DNA of 64,000 nucleotides, taken from the NCBI GenBank assembly GCA_044376115.1, contig JBILLK010000005.1, positions 64,001-128,000 of the forward strand. The letters are read 5' to 3'. The notes under the pieces are model-generated. The model was not told the origin of the DNA and did no database searches. It saw nothing but the letters and a program-made list of their open reading frames with translations. Of this stretch, positions 11,999-22,607 are shown piece after piece. Both the position numbers and the translations under genes were made by a program. How positions within the stretch are numbered: position 1 is the first letter of the stretch; every line of letters starts with the position of its first letter. This stretch comes from Polyangiaceae bacterium (lineage in GTDB: Bacteria > Myxococcota_A > Polyangia > Polyangiales > Polyangiaceae).

Positions 11999-14900
11999 AT
12001 GATTCGCAAGCTGTCACCGCTGCATGAGCCTGCCTTCGAGAAGGATGCGTGTGGGGTTGGGTTCCTAGTCCACAAGAAGGGACACCGGTCGCACTCGATC
12101 GTCGACCGAGCTCTGTTAGCGCTGGAGCGGCTTGAGCATCGTGGGGCTTCAGGACGCGAAGCTGAGTCGGGGGACGGGGCGGGGATTCTCGTACAACTTC
12201 CCGATCGCCTTTTTCAGCGTGAGGCCGCGATGGGGCGGATTGAGCACGAAGGCAAGCCGATCCCCAAGCTCCCGGCCGAGGGCGGTTACGCGGTTGGCTT
12301 GTTCATGGGCAGTCAGGACGTTCAGTCGAGCGCTCTAGCCAAGCTGATCTTCGCAATGATCGCTAGGCAAGAAGGGCTGCGCTTGCTCGGTTGGCGCCGC
12401 GTCCCAACCGACAATCGCGAGCTTGGCTCCACTGCGCGCTCTGTCGAGCCGACGATGGACCACGTCTTCTTAGCGCCGTCCCAAGAGGGGGTTTCAGAGG
12501 ACGCCTTCGAGCGGCGCCTATTCGTAGTGCGCAAACGCTTCCAGGTGGCCATCAAGTCGAGTGGTATTGATGATCGGCAGTTCTTCCACATCGCGAGCCT
12601 CTCGTCTCGCACGTTGGTTTACAAGGGTATGCTTACACCCCGTCAGGTGCGGGAGTACTTCGGCGATCTGACGGACCCAAAAATGGAATCAGCGATTGCG
12701 CTGTTCCACTCGCGGTTCTCGACAAATACCTTTCCAAGCTGGGAGCTGGCCCATCCCTATCGGCTGATCGCCCATAACGGGGAGATCAATACGTTGCGGG
12801 GTAACGTCAACTGGATGCGTGCTCGAGAGGCACTGCTCGCCTCACCCTTGTTTGGTGCGGATATTGAAAAGATCCTACCCATCGTTCATGAGGGCCTCAG
12901 CGACTCAGCATGTCTCGACAGTGTTCTTGAGCTGCTGGTTCGATCGGGCCGGTCCCTCGCTCATGCAATGCTAATGCTGTTGCCTGAGGCCTGGGAGCAC
13001 AATGCCGCATTGTCTCCAGAGGTCAGGGCCTTCTACCAGTTTCACGCGTGTCTGATTGAGCCTTGGGATGGCCCAGCTTGTGTTTCATTCACTGATGGCA
13101 TTCAGATTGGCGCCGTGCTCGATCGCAATGGACTTCGACCTGGTCGCTACGTTGTAACTGACGATGACTTGATCATGCTCGCGAGCGAGAGCGGCGTACT
13201 CGACGTGGCGCCAGAGCACGTGCTCGAACGGGGGCGGCTGATGCCCGGCCACATGTTTTTGGTGGACACTCGTGAAGGTCGCGTTATCCCCGATAGCGAG
13301 ATCAAGGCCTCTATGGCCGCGGCAGCACCCTACGCGGTGTGGCTTGGGCAGCACCTAATTCCTCTTGCAAGCCTGCCAGCTGGGGACGAGGTCCCAGTGC
13401 TCAAGCCAGAGGAGCTAAAGCGGCGGTTGGTCGCGTTTGGCGTCTCCGAAGAAGAGCTGCGAATGGTGGTCGCGCCAATGGCCTCTCAGGGCGAAGAGCC
13501 AACCTACTCAATGGGTAATGACGCTGCCCTTGCGATCCTTTCAAGTCAGCCACGCCCGCTGTCGGACTACTTCAAGCAGCTTTTTGCACAGGTAACGAAT
13601 CCTCCGCTCGATGCAATACGCGAGAAGATCGTCACGAGCCTAGCCACTGCAATTGGACCCGAGGGCAATCTACTGGAGGCGCGCCCTGAAAGCGCGCACC
13701 TCGTGCTGTGCGATACCCCATTCCTGAATAATGAAGAGCTCGCTCGCTTTCGGCGGATAGCTCACTTCGGCGATGGGCCCTTCGGAGTCACAGTTCTCGA
13801 CATGGTCTTCCCCGTCGACGAGGGGAGTGAAGGTTTGGAGCCGGCGCTTTCCGCTCTGTTCGCAAAGGCGGACAACGCAATCGCAGATGGATCCAAGGTG
13901 CTGGTACTCTCCGATCGTGCCGTAAGCGGAAGTGTTGCGCCTATCCCGGCTTTGCTCGCCGTTGCCGGACTCCATAACCATCTCGTGCGCGAAAAGCGTC
14001 GAACACGAGTAACCCTTATCGTCGAGACGGGAGCTTTGCGTGAAGTTCATCAGGCCGCACTGCTACTTGGTTATGGTGCTAGTGCCGTCAATCCCTACTT
14101 GATATTGGATACCCTGCCAAGCTTGAGCGCGCGCGGATTCATTCCGAACTCCTGCGATGACGAGGCGCTGCGAAAGAACTTCCTTCGCGCAATCGAGAAA
14201 GGCGTCGTGAAGGTGATGAGCAAGATGGGTATCAGTACGGTGGCCAGCTACCGCGGTGCCCAGATATTCGAGGCGGTAGGCCTTGGGCCAGAGTTGATAG
14301 ACCGTTATTTTACGCAGACTCCTTCCCGTATCGGTGGTGTCGGGGTGAGAGACGTCGCGGCCGAAGCTCTGACTCATCATCGACGGGCCTATGAAAGTCG
14401 GAAATTGCCGTTGCTCACCACCGGAGGTCAGCTGGAGTGGCGGCAGGATGGGGAGCTGCACCTGTTCAATCCAGAGACTGTCTATAAGCTGCAACACGCT
14501 ACGCGCACTCGAAAGCGAGAGGTCTTTAGGGCCTATGCCCGTGCCGTTGACGAGCAAGGAGAGCGGGGCTGCACGCTTCGTAGCGTACTACAAATCAAGA
14601 AGGTTCGTGCCCCCGTCCCGCTCGAGGAAGTGGAGCCGGTTGAGCAGATACTCCCCCGCTTCGCGACCGGAGCGATGAGCTTTGGCAGCATCAGCCAGGA
14701 GGCGCATGAGACTTTGGCGATAGCCATGAATCGCTTGGGGGGCCGCTCAAACTCCGGTGAAGGTGGCGAGGATTCCCGTCGGATGCAGCGCGACGACAAC
14801 GGTGATTGGCGACGGTCAGCAATCAAGCAAGTAGCGAGCGCCCGATTTGGCGTGACTAGCTACTACCTGACCCATGCGGATGAGCTCCAGATCAAGATGG

Positions 14901-16585
14901 CTCAAGGCGCAAAGCCCGGAGAGGGAGGGCAGCTCCCTGGTCACAAGGTATACCCACATATTGCAGCTGTGCGTCACTCGACGCCTGGGGTAACTCTGAT
15001 AAGCCCACCTCCCCACCACGACATCTATTCAATCGAGGACCTCGCGCAGCTCATTTATGATTTGCGAGCAGCAAACTCCCGTGCGCGGATCTCCGTAAAG
15101 CTTGTTGCGGAGGTTGGCGTTGGGACGGTTGCTGCTGGTGTGGTCAAGGCAAAGAGCGATGTCGTCTTGATCGCCGGCCATGACGGCGGAACAGGAGCGA
15201 GTCCCGTTACGTCCATTCGCCACGCTGGGGCCCCGTGGGAACTTGGGCTGGCTGAAACGCAGCAAGTGCTGGTGAAAAACGGGCTGAGGGACAGAGTCGT
15301 CCTTCAGGTCGATGGCCAAATGAAGACCCCGCGTGATGTTTTGATCGGCGCACTTCTCGGCGCTGAGGAGTTTGGGTTCGCCACCGCACCGCTGGTGGTC
15401 ATGGGCTGCGTGATGATGAGAGTGTGTCACCTCGATACCTGCCCGGTAGGGATCGCGACCCAGAACCCAACCCTTCGAGAGCGATTCACTGGTAGGGCGG
15501 AGCACGTGGTTGCGTTCTTCCGTTTCATCGCGGAGGAGTTGCGCGTCATGATGGCCGAGCTCGGGTTCCGTTCAATGGATGAGTTGATTGGGCGGGTCGA
15601 CCTATTGCAACAGCGGGAATCGCACCACCCCAAAGCCTCTAAGGTGGATTTGAGCGGAGTCCTCGACAGCGGGCACCTCGTGGACGGAGAGAGCCGTTCT
15701 GCTTTGCGCTCGCGCAGAGATGGAGCAGCCCGGCTGATGGGTCAACCCGTCAATGAGCGTCGACTTACAGCCGTTGAGGAGCTCCTGCAGAACGGAGCGG
15801 AGCCGGCGCTCTTTTATCGCGAAGCGGTGGTCATTCAGGCCAGCATTACCAATCAAGACCGCGCGCTTGGAACGCGCTTGGGACATGAGCTTACCAAGCG
15901 CTACGGTGAGGAGGGCCTTCCGGAAGCAACGATTCGCGTACACCTTCGCGGCTCGGCCGGACAGAGCCTTGGGGCGTTTGCGCCCAAAGGTCTGATGATT
16001 GTGTGTGAAGGCGACGCCAACGACTATGTTGGTAAGGGCCTTTCGGGGGCCGTGCTAGCGGTTAGGCCGCCCAAGGGTACCTCGTTCATTGCGGAGAAGA
16101 ACGTTATCGTCGGCAATGTCGCGCTCTATGGCGCGACTTCAGGGCGCGCTTTCTTTTGCGGGCGAGCGGGAGAGCGTTTTGCGGTGCGCAATAGCGGTGC
16201 CAGTGCAGTCGTCGAAGGCTGTGGCGCGCACGGCTGTGAATACATGACAGGCGGTATCGTCCTGGTGCTGGGCCGTACGGGGCGGAACTTCGGCGCTGGA
16301 ATGAGCGGCGGAGTTGCTTATGTCTTGGACTCCGACGGTACATTTCCCACCCTGTGCAACCCCGAGATGGTGTCCACCTCGTCCCCAGATGAAGCCGACA
16401 TGGCGCAGATCTGTACGCTATTGAAGGAGCACGTTGAGCTGACAGAGAGTGCGCTCGGCCAGCGGCTGCTTAGTGATGGCCAGGCCGCTCTATCTTCGAA
16501 GTTTGTCAAGGTCATGCCCCGCACAGCATTGGGTACTCAAGTCACAGCCAAGGTCTCGGAGGTTCCCCATGTCGCTGCCGAGTGA
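11999..16585 (+). CDS. gltB: Glutamate synthase large subunit
   Basis: DACGVGF, HSRFSTNT, HNGEINT, EPWDGPA, QGAKPGEGGQLPG, CVMMRVCHLDTC and GXGXG domain. Confidence 0.97.
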   Translation: MIRKLSPLHEPAFEKDACGVGFLVHKKGHRSHSIVDRALLALERLEHRGASGREAESGDGAGILVQLPDRLFQREAAMGRIEHEGKPIPKLPAEGGYAVGLFMGSQDVQSSALAKLIFAMIARQEGLRLLGWRRVPTDNRELGSTARSVEPTMDHVFLAPSQEGVSEDAFERRLFVVRKRFQVAIKSSGIDDRQFFHIASLSSRTLVYKGMLTPRQVREYFGDLTDPKMESAIALFHSRFSTNTFPSWELAHPYRLIAHNGEINTLRGNVNWMRAREALLASPLFGADIEKILPIVHEGLSDSACLDSVLELLVRSGRSLAHAMLMLLPEAWEHNAALSPEVRAFYQFHACLIEPWDGPACVSFTDGIQIGAVLDRNGLRPGRYVVTDDDLIMLASESGVLDVAPEHVLERGRLMPGHMFLVDTREGRVIPDSEIKASMAAAAPYAVWLGQHLIPLASLPAGDEVPVLKPEELKRRLVAFGVSEEELRMVVAPMASQGEEPTYSMGNDAALAILSSQPRPLSDYFKQLFAQVTNPPLDAIREKIVTSLATAIGPEGNLLEARPESAHLVLCDTPFLNNEELARFRRIAHFGDGPFGVTVLDMVFPVDEGSEGLEPALSALFAKADNAIADGSKVLVLSDRAVSGSVAPIPALLAVAGLHNHLVREKRRTRVTLIVETGALREVHQAALLLGYGASAVNPYLILDTLPSLSARGFIPNSCDDEALRKNFLRAIEKGVVKVMSKMGISTVASYRGAQIFEAVGLGPELIDRYFTQTPSRIGGVGVRDVAAEALTHHRRAYESRKLPLLTTGGQLEWRQDGELHLFNPETVYKLQHATRTRKREVFRAYARAVDEQGERGCTLRSVLQIKKVRAPVPLEEVEPVEQILPRFATGAMSFGSISQEAHETLAIAMNRLGGRSNSGEGGEDSRRMQRDDNGDWRRSAIKQVASARFGVTSYYLTHADELQIKMAQGAKPGEGGQLPGHKVYPHIAAVRHSTPGVTLISPPPHHDIYSIEDLAQLIYDLRAANSRARISVKLVAEVGVGTVAAGVVKAKSDVVLIAGHDGGTGASPVTSIRHAGAPWELGLAETQQVLVKNGLRDRVVLQVDGQMKTPRDVLIGALLGAEEFGFATAPLVVMGCVMMRVCHLDTCPVGIATQNPTLRERFTGRAEHVVAFFRFIAEELRVMMAELGFRSMDELIGRVDLLQQRESHHPKASKVDLSGVLDSGHLVDGESRSALRSRRDGAARLMGQPVNERRLTAVEELLQNGAEPALFYREAVVIQASITNQDRALGTRLGHELTKRYGEEGLPEATIRVHLRGSAGQSLGAFAPKGLMIVCEGDANDYVGKGLSGAVLAVRPPKGTSFIAEKNVIVGNVALYGATSGRAFFCGRAGERFAVRNSGASAVVEGCGAHGCEYMTGGIVLVLGRTGRNFGAGMSGGVAYVLDSDGTFPTLCNPEMVSTSSPDEADMAQICTLLKEHVELTESALGQRLLSDGQAALSSKFVKVMPRTALGTQVTAKVSEVPHVAAE

Positions 16586-18086
16586 GCCGAAACGACGCTA
16601 CCTACCATTTATAGACACTCCGAGAGTAGGACCGCAGAAGCGGAAGGTTGCCGAACGGCTCGGCGACAGTCTCGAGTTTGAAACGGTTCAAGTGGGTAGC
16701 GCGTTGGCCGAACAGGCTGGGCGCTGCATGAACTGCGGCATTCCCTTCTGTCACAATGGATGCCCGCTGGGGAACTTTATTCCAGAGTGGAATCGGCTCG
16801 TTTCGCAGGGCCTTTATGAGGCGGCTGTGGAACGGCTGCATGCGACCAACAACTTCCCGGAGTTCACTGGTCGGCTATGCCCCGCGCCATGTGAAGCGGC
16901 TTGTGTAGTGGCCATTTCAGGTGAGGCCGTATCGATCAAGCAGGTAGAGCTTTCGTTGGCGGAGCGAGCAGAGCAGCTCGAGGCTGCACAGTCTGAAAAA
17001 GCTGACTCGGAGCCGCCGGCAAGTAGCGCGCCCCTGTCGACGATGCGCCCGAGGCGTCGCGTTGCCATTGTCGGCTCGGGACCTTCAGGGCTGGCGTGCG
17101 CGGCCGAGCTCTGCGACTTCGGCTTTGACGTTACGGTGTTCGAGCGAGACGACAAGCCAGGTGGACTGCTTCGATACGGAATACCTGACTTCAAGATGCA
17201 TAAGTCCCATCTCGATCGCCGGATTGGCAAGATGTCTCGGGACGGAGTGCGCTTTGTATGCGGAGTCGATGTCGGCGCGGACCTAAGCGCGGCCGAGCTA
17301 CTCGCGCAATATGACGCCATCGCCCTCGCAGTGGGGGCGCTGGAAGCACGTCCGTTGAGTGTGCCGGGCGCTGAGTGTCACGGCGTCGTTCCGGCTATGC
17401 GCTATTTAACGCGACAGAATCGTATTGTCGCCGGAGAGCCTGACAATGAACCTGCACTGTCGGCAGCTGGCAAGCACGTGGTCATTCTAGGCGGCGGGGA
17501 TACTGGGGCCGATTGCCTTGGAACGGCGCTTCGTCAGGGAGCTGCAAGCGTGACTCAGCTGGAGCTTATGTCGCGACCAGGCTCCAGCAGGGCAGAGGAC
17601 AACCCGTGGCCTGAATGGCCGTTGGTGTTTCGCACCTCTTCGGCCCACGAAGAGGGAGGAGTACGAGAATATGGGCTCATGACCACGTCGGTGGAGGGAG
17701 CGAATGGCCGCGCTGAGAGGCTGGTTGTGCGCGAAGCACAGCGCAGCCCGGATGGCACCTTCTCGCCTACTGGCGCCGAGCGTCGGTTGCGGGCTGACTT
17801 AGTCCTGCTGGCGACCGGGTTCGTCGGCCCCTGGAAACGTCCCTTCTACGCCGAGCTTGGCTTAACGTTGGGAGCCAACCAACGACTGGTTGCTGATGAC
17901 AAGGGCGTTACCGCTGTTCCCAACGTTTTTGTTATGGGTGACGCACGTCGGGGCCCATCGCTAGTGGTGTGGGCTATCGCCGAGGGGCGTCACTGCGCTC
18001 GTTCCATTCAAGCAACCTTTGAGCTGCCTTACGGAGCCGTGAACAGGCAGCGAGTGACCGGGATGCCAATGTCCGATAGGACATAG
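16569..18086 (+). CDS. gltD: Glutamate synthase small subunit
   Basis: RCMNCGIPFC..GCP, GRLCPAPCE..C, GSGPSG, GGGDTGADC, GPSLVVWAIAEGR. Confidence 0.95.
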   Translation: MSLPSEPKRRYLPFIDTPRVGPQKRKVAERLGDSLEFETVQVGSALAEQAGRCMNCGIPFCHNGCPLGNFIPEWNRLVSQGLYEAAVERLHATNNFPEFTGRLCPAPCEAACVVAISGEAVSIKQVELSLAERAEQLEAAQSEKADSEPPASSAPLSTMRPRRRVAIVGSGPSGLACAAELCDFGFDVTVFERDDKPGGLLRYGIPDFKMHKSHLDRRIGKMSRDGVRFVCGVDVGADLSAAELLAQYDAIALAVGALEARPLSVPGAECHGVVPAMRYLTRQNRIVAGEPDNEPALSAAGKHVVILGGGDTGADCLGTALRQGAASVTQLELMSRPGSSRAEDNPWPEWPLVFRTSSAHEEGGVREYGLMTTSVEGANGRAERLVVREAQRSPDGTFSPTGAERRLRADLVLLATGFVGPWKRPFYAELGLTLGANQRLVADDKGVTAVPNVFVMGDARRGPSLVVWAIAEGRHCARSIQATFELPYGAVNRQRVTGMPMSDRT

Positions 18087-19426
18087 AGGTAGTAGGTCTG
18101 CCCAGTGCTAAGCGCCGGAGCTGCACCGCTTGGCACCCGTTTCCGCATATCCCCCGTTAGTTCGCCATACTTGATACCCGTGTTGAAGGGCGCAGCCGTG
18201 TTCGGCACATCCACGAACCAAATGGTGCCGGCGGGCTGGTCAAGGTTGGGAGGTACCCCTGGATTGTTGGCGCTCGGTTCAAGAATGTAAAGATAACGAG
18301 CGGTTCCCCCAGTCCATTGAACCGTGCCGTCGGGGGCGAGACCCTGACCGGCCTCGCATGCGCTTGGCACGTAGTCCAGTTGGTCCACCAGTGGTCCACC
18401 GAACGGAGGGATCGTCTCTGCGTCTGCCAGGGAATAGCCTCTACGCTCCCACTCAGAAGTGAAGAGCGTGCGCATCCGCTCGTTGTCTGTCGTTGGCACG
18501 CCGACGACAGTACGGTCGAAGCCATTGTTGTCAGCCTTGTCAAAGGCGCCAAATGCGCGCGAATCAGCGAGACCTGCCATCATCGCAATGCCCGTATCTG
18601 AAATAGAATCCAGCCAGATACCATCTGCTTCAACGAACCACTGCGATGCTCCGTCGGGAGCTAGCGCTGTGGAATGGCAGCAGATGCAAGCACTGGCTTC
18701 GACCTGCTGGCGAGCCCAATCCACTTCTGCCATGTAAACCGCGTCATCGAGTCGCGCGTCCTCTGGGGAGGTGGTTCCGGCTGGTGCAGTTGCGTAATAA
18801 GGCCGCTGCGTCAGTACGTCCTCGCAAGAGGCGTAGTCTGAGTAACGGCGCCCTTCCTCGGTAGACGCCGAGATCAAAGTCCATGTGCAGACCTGCCCAT
18901 CGGGGCCCTGCCCAACCGGCTCCCCCTCGAGCGGATCTTTGCATACCTGATAAGGCTGCACAAATACGCTGGCGCTACCGCCTCCGCCGCCTACGACACC
19001 TTCGCAGGTTAGGCCGGGTTCAAAGACACCCTGGGCGAATACCTCGCAGCCCATCTTCGAGCTTTCACAAGCTGTACTGTCCGTGCCCGGGGAAACTAAC
19101 TCATATTCGTAGACTGTATCGGCGGCCACAACACAGCTACCGAGCGTTGCCGGGTAGTCGCATTGTCCGCCCTCGGTGAAGGTGCCCGGCGCGCCCAGCA
19201 CACCAGTCTCACAATCGGTTCCGGCCGCCTCTAGCGTCCAGGTAGCCCCAATGTAGAGCTTGCACTCTTCGCTGTTGGAAAATGGATTCGTGTAGCTACA
19301 TGAGCCCACCGCGAGCGGGCTAGGCTCGGGTTCCGGGGTCGACTCGGTCGAAGATTCTTCTCCGCAAGCGAGAGCAAGGCATGAGGTGGAAACGAACCAA
19401 GCGAGGCGAGCGAGACGTCGAACCAT
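18029..19426 (-). CDS. Cys-rich acidic lipoprotein with a single CxxCH motif
   Basis: Lipobox LALAC; CICCH at 18674-18688. Confidence 0.7.
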   Translation of the reverse strand: MVRRLARLAWFVSTSCLALACGEESSTESTPEPEPSPLAVGSCSYTNPFSNSEECKLYIGATWTLEAAGTDCETGVLGAPGTFTEGGQCDYPATLGSCVVAADTVYEYELVSPGTDSTACESSKMGCEVFAQGVFEPGLTCEGVVGGGGGSASVFVQPYQVCKDPLEGEPVGQGPDGQVCTWTLISASTEEGRRYSDYASCEDVLTQRPYYATAPAGTTSPEDARLDDAVYMAEVDWARQQVEASACICCHSTALAPDGASQWFVEADGIWLDSISDTGIAMMAGLADSRAFGAFDKADNNGFDRTVVGVPTTDNERMRTLFTSEWERRGYSLADAETIPPFGGPLVDQLDYVPSACEAGQGLAPDGTVQWTGGTARYLYILEPSANNPGVPPNLDQPAGTIWFVDVPNTAAPFNTGIKYGELTGDMRKRVPSGAAPALSTGQTYYLYVLSDIGIPVTRCLFTAP

Positions 19427-19524
19427 GTCTATGTATAGTCTTTGTTTGACCTTGTGCAAACCATGAATTTCAGCTCAGTGGGCCACGGGCCGATTCCATG
19501 CTCTAACCGCGAGCACGCAGAGCC

Positions 19525-21210
19525 ATGGCAAACTTTCTTTCCACGTTTCGCGAGCTGGGTCGCTTGCGCCAGATCTACGTCGTTCTGGTGCGCCACGGCT
19601 TCGCAGACGTCGCGCGCAGGCTAGGTCTTGGGGCGAAGTCGAAGGGGGCATCAGAGCCCCCTCAAAGTGGTGAAGACCCTGAGTTGGCTCAAGCAGAAGC
19701 GCGGGGCAAAGAGGAAGCGAAGAGCCCGCTCGCTGAGCGTGTGCGTCTCGTCGCGATGGATCTTGGCCCGTCCTTCGTAAAACTGGGCCAAATCGCCTCG
19801 ACCCGTACCGACCTGTTGCCGAGTGAATGGACTGTCGAACTGAAGAAGCTTCAAGACGAAGTTTCGCCACTACCGTTCGAGAAGATCGCCGAAGCGATCG
19901 AAGCCTCACTTGGAGCCCCTCTCGACACATTCTACGAAGCAATTGAGGAGAAGCCGCTCGCTGCCGCCTCGATCGGTCAGGTACATCGTGCGCGCCTCAA
20001 GTCGGAGGAGAGCGCGGTCGATGTCGTCATCAAGGTCCAACGCCCAGGTATTCGGGCTACTGTTACCAGTGACCTGGACCTCCTCCATCATCTGGCGCGT
20101 CTTGTCGAACGCACCATTCCCGAGTCCGGAACCTACAATCCTGTAGGGCTCGTTGAGCAGTTTGACCGCGCTATCACTGCGGAGCTCGACTTCACCCTCG
20201 AGGCCGATAACGCGCTGCGCTTCCGCAAGAACTTTGAGGGGCACCCCGAGGTGCGATTCCCGTTTCCGTATAAGCAGGCAAGCTCAAAGTCCGTCCTGAC
20301 GCTCGAGCTCCTTCCGGGCAAGAAAGTTTATGACGCTATCGCGCAGGAAGGCTTCTCGGGAGAGAAGATCGCAAAGACGGCCGTTGGCGTCGTGATCAAG
20401 ATGATCTTCGAGGATGGGTTCTTTCACGCGGACCCTCACCCCGGCAACATTCTTATTTCCGGAACGCCCGAGAGTCCAGTCTTCGGGCTGATTGATCTCG
20501 GCATGGTCGGCCGCCTTTCGCCAGAGATGCGAGATAGGTGTGTAGACTTGATGGTCGGAGCAGGTCGCAATGACCATATTGCTATAGCAGATGCTCTCTA
20601 TGCCATGGGCACACCGACGCGCCGCGTCGACATGCGTGCCTACCGCGCTGAGGTGGGGATGCTGAGCGAAAAGTACCTCAACAAGCCGCTTCGCGAGATT
20701 GCACTTTCATCCATGATTTCTGACCTCCTCGGTGGAGCCAAGAAGTTTGGACTCGAGATACCACCCGACTTTCTCCTGGTGGGTAAGGCGCTCATGACTA
20801 TCGAGGGCGTGGGTAAGGAAATCTATCCCGACCTGGATGTATTGACCGAGTCGAAGCCCTACTTTGTTGAACTATTGAAGAAGCGCTATTCACCGCAGCG
20901 AATTGGCAACGATCTCCTTCGCGGCGTTGAGAGGCTTGGACAATCAACCTATGATCTGCCGCAGCTGGCGCGAGAAGTGCTCGAGGACCTTAGGCTGGGT
21001 AGATTGAGCGTCTCGACCGTGGATACGCGCTTACCTGGCGCACTTGACCGCTTCGGACGCAGAGTCTTCAGCGGCCTTGTCGGAGGCGCGCTCGCAGTCT
21101 CGGGGTCCTGGCTGGTCACGTCTGGAAGTGGGACCGCGGGCTACGTGTTGCTCGGCCTTGCCTTGGTGTTCGTGACCATTCACCTTGGTCTCGACCTGAC
21201 CCGCAAATGA
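19525..21210 (+). CDS. ABC1/UbiB/AarF-family atypical kinase
   Basis: LGPSFVKLGQ, AAASIGQVHRA, IKVQRP, FFHADPHPGN, IDLGMVG; two C-terminal TM helices. Confidence 0.92.
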   Translation: MANFLSTFRELGRLRQIYVVLVRHGFADVARRLGLGAKSKGASEPPQSGEDPELAQAEARGKEEAKSPLAERVRLVAMDLGPSFVKLGQIASTRTDLLPSEWTVELKKLQDEVSPLPFEKIAEAIEASLGAPLDTFYEAIEEKPLAAASIGQVHRARLKSEESAVDVVIKVQRPGIRATVTSDLDLLHHLARLVERTIPESGTYNPVGLVEQFDRAITAELDFTLEADNALRFRKNFEGHPEVRFPFPYKQASSKSVLTLELLPGKKVYDAIAQEGFSGEKIAKTAVGVVIKMIFEDGFFHADPHPGNILISGTPESPVFGLIDLGMVGRLSPEMRDRCVDLMVGAGRNDHIAIADALYAMGTPTRRVDMRAYRAEVGMLSEKYLNKPLREIALSSMISDLLGGAKKFGLEIPPDFLLVGKALMTIEGVGKEIYPDLDVLTESKPYFVELLKKRYSPQRIGNDLLRGVERLGQSTYDLPQLAREVLEDLRLGRLSVSTVDTRLPGALDRFGRRVFSGLVGGALAVSGSWLVTSGSGTAGYVLLGLALVFVTIHLGLDLTRK

Positions 21211-21227
21211 GCTACTGAGTCAGCGAC

Positions 21228-21668
21228 TTAGGTGCCGAAGTTTCGAGTTTTTACGCTTTCGAGCAAGGCCTCCATCCAGGAGTCGCAATAGTCTGCGCGG
21301 GCTACCGCGCAGATGGCGTGGAAGCCAACCCGAGTATGGCCCATTAGCGTGTGGAACTCATGATGGTAGATTGGCCCTTCAGACTTGTCGATAAAACGCA
21401 GCCGAACCTCAATCCCGTGTAGCGCTGGATACTCGCGCTCTCTCGCCGAGAGGACACTGAATGCTCGCAAGGAGCGACGCTGCTCCGTGAGTCCGTTTTC
21501 TACCGCGGTTCGCAGCGGTTGGCCCTCAATCACGGGTGTACGCGCGATAACCAGGTCGAGCGTCGAGCCGTCCTCCGTGGTGATCTCCAGAAACTGCCTT
21601 GAGTGGTCGACGAGCCTCTCCACTTCTGGCAGAGCGAACATTGCTTCATTGAAGTGATAGGAAGTCAT
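21228..21668 (-). CDS. DcrB-related / DUF1795 (Eag-like) T6SS adaptor candidate
   Basis: N-terminal Y.FNE..F.LP, VI.R motif and terminal W...L.S(V/F)K; last gene of the vgrG operon; GGAGAG RBS. Confidence 0.7.
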   Translation of the reverse strand: MTSYHFNEAMFALPEVERLVDHSRQFLEITTEDGSTLDLVIARTPVIEGQPLRTAVENGLTEQRRSLRAFSVLSAREREYPALHGIEVRLRFIDKSEGPIYHHEFHTLMGHTRVGFHAICAVARADYCDSWMEALLESVKTRNFGT

Positions 21669-21680
21669 AGCTCTCCAGCG

Positions 21681-22607
21681 TCATGAAGAAGTCAGGGATT
21701 GCGGCGTGCGTGCGTCCAGCTGAATGAGGCAGCCGCTAGGATCATTTCCGGTCAACTGTGATGAGGTGGTGGCGACCACGACTTGATTGTCGCCTCCAAG
21801 TTGCTGGAGCCCCGCTACAAAGTCTTGCGTGTCATGTCGATACAATTCGGGGCGGTCAACCAGGATGATGGAGTTAGACAAGACGACGAGGCTCGCAGTC
21901 GCGGCGATCAGTACTGCATCAGCTTCGCTGGAAGAGAGTTCAAGCAAACTGCGAGCGGTGAGGTTGCGTGAATACAGCTTCTGCGAGTCAACATCGTAGC
22001 TGCAGGTCGTTTGTAAATCTTTGAGGGCTTGAGCAAAGCGCGCGGCTCGCTCACTGTTCGTAGGTAGCGAACTCATGAAGCTCGAGACAAAGGCATACTT
22101 GCGAGGGCTCTTGCTCGTGCGGAACGGCTGCTGTGTCTCGGGATCGAGCGACATGTCGCCACCACCGACGTCAAGCCGGCGATTCTCGGCAAAGTACTCG
22201 AGCTTGCTGGTACTGGCGGTGTGGTCATACCGTTCAATTAGGTAGATGAGCCCTGGGTCTGTTTGGTCGGGCGCCGCTACGGTTGGGTCGGCACCAAAGA
22301 TCACCTCGGCTTGGACGTCTCTCGACTCCGCACCGATGAGAGTCTGCTCGGCTTCATTGAGGTAGAAGGACAGAATGGCCTTTGCCGAGCGACTTCCGGC
22401 TCGTACGAACGATTCCTGATCAAAGTCCTCCGTCTCGGGGGCTAACACCTCACGTGCTGCCGCAATAACCTCCAAGAGACGCGTTTTGCCCGTTGCCTCT
22501 TCCCCTGTAATGACCACTAGCGAGTGTGGCTTTTCGCCGTTCCAAAAGTCGTAGGTCCCATCCGGAACACCCAGCACGCCACTGGTCTGAACGCTGCGGA
22601 GTTTCAT
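21681..22607 (-). CDS. ABC-fold (AAA_21/SMC_N-like) ATP-binding protein, degenerate paralog B
   Basis: Walker A GEEATGKT, signature LSSSE, Walker B ILVDRPE, H-loop VATTS. Confidence 0.75.
   Translation of the reverse strand: MKLRSVQTSGVLGVPDGTYDFWNGEKPHSLVVITGEEATGKTRLLEVIAAAREVLAPETEDFDQESFVRAGSRSAKAILSFYLNEAEQTLIGAESRDVQAEVIFGADPTVAAPDQTDPGLIYLIERYDHTASTSKLEYFAENRRLDVGGGDMSLDPETQQPFRTSKSPRKYAFVSSFMSSLPTNSERAARFAQALKDLQTTCSYDVDSQKLYSRNLTARSLLELSSSEADAVLIAATASLVVLSNSIILVDRPELYRHDTQDFVAGLQQLGGDNQVVVATTSSQLTGNDPSGCLIQLDARTPQSLTSS

Noticed and set aside
16569..18086. GltD as PreT (dihydropyrimidine dehydrogenase) partner of hydA
   Set aside because: It overlaps gltB, has GltD-specific NPWPEWP and SLVVWAI motifs, and no preA is present.
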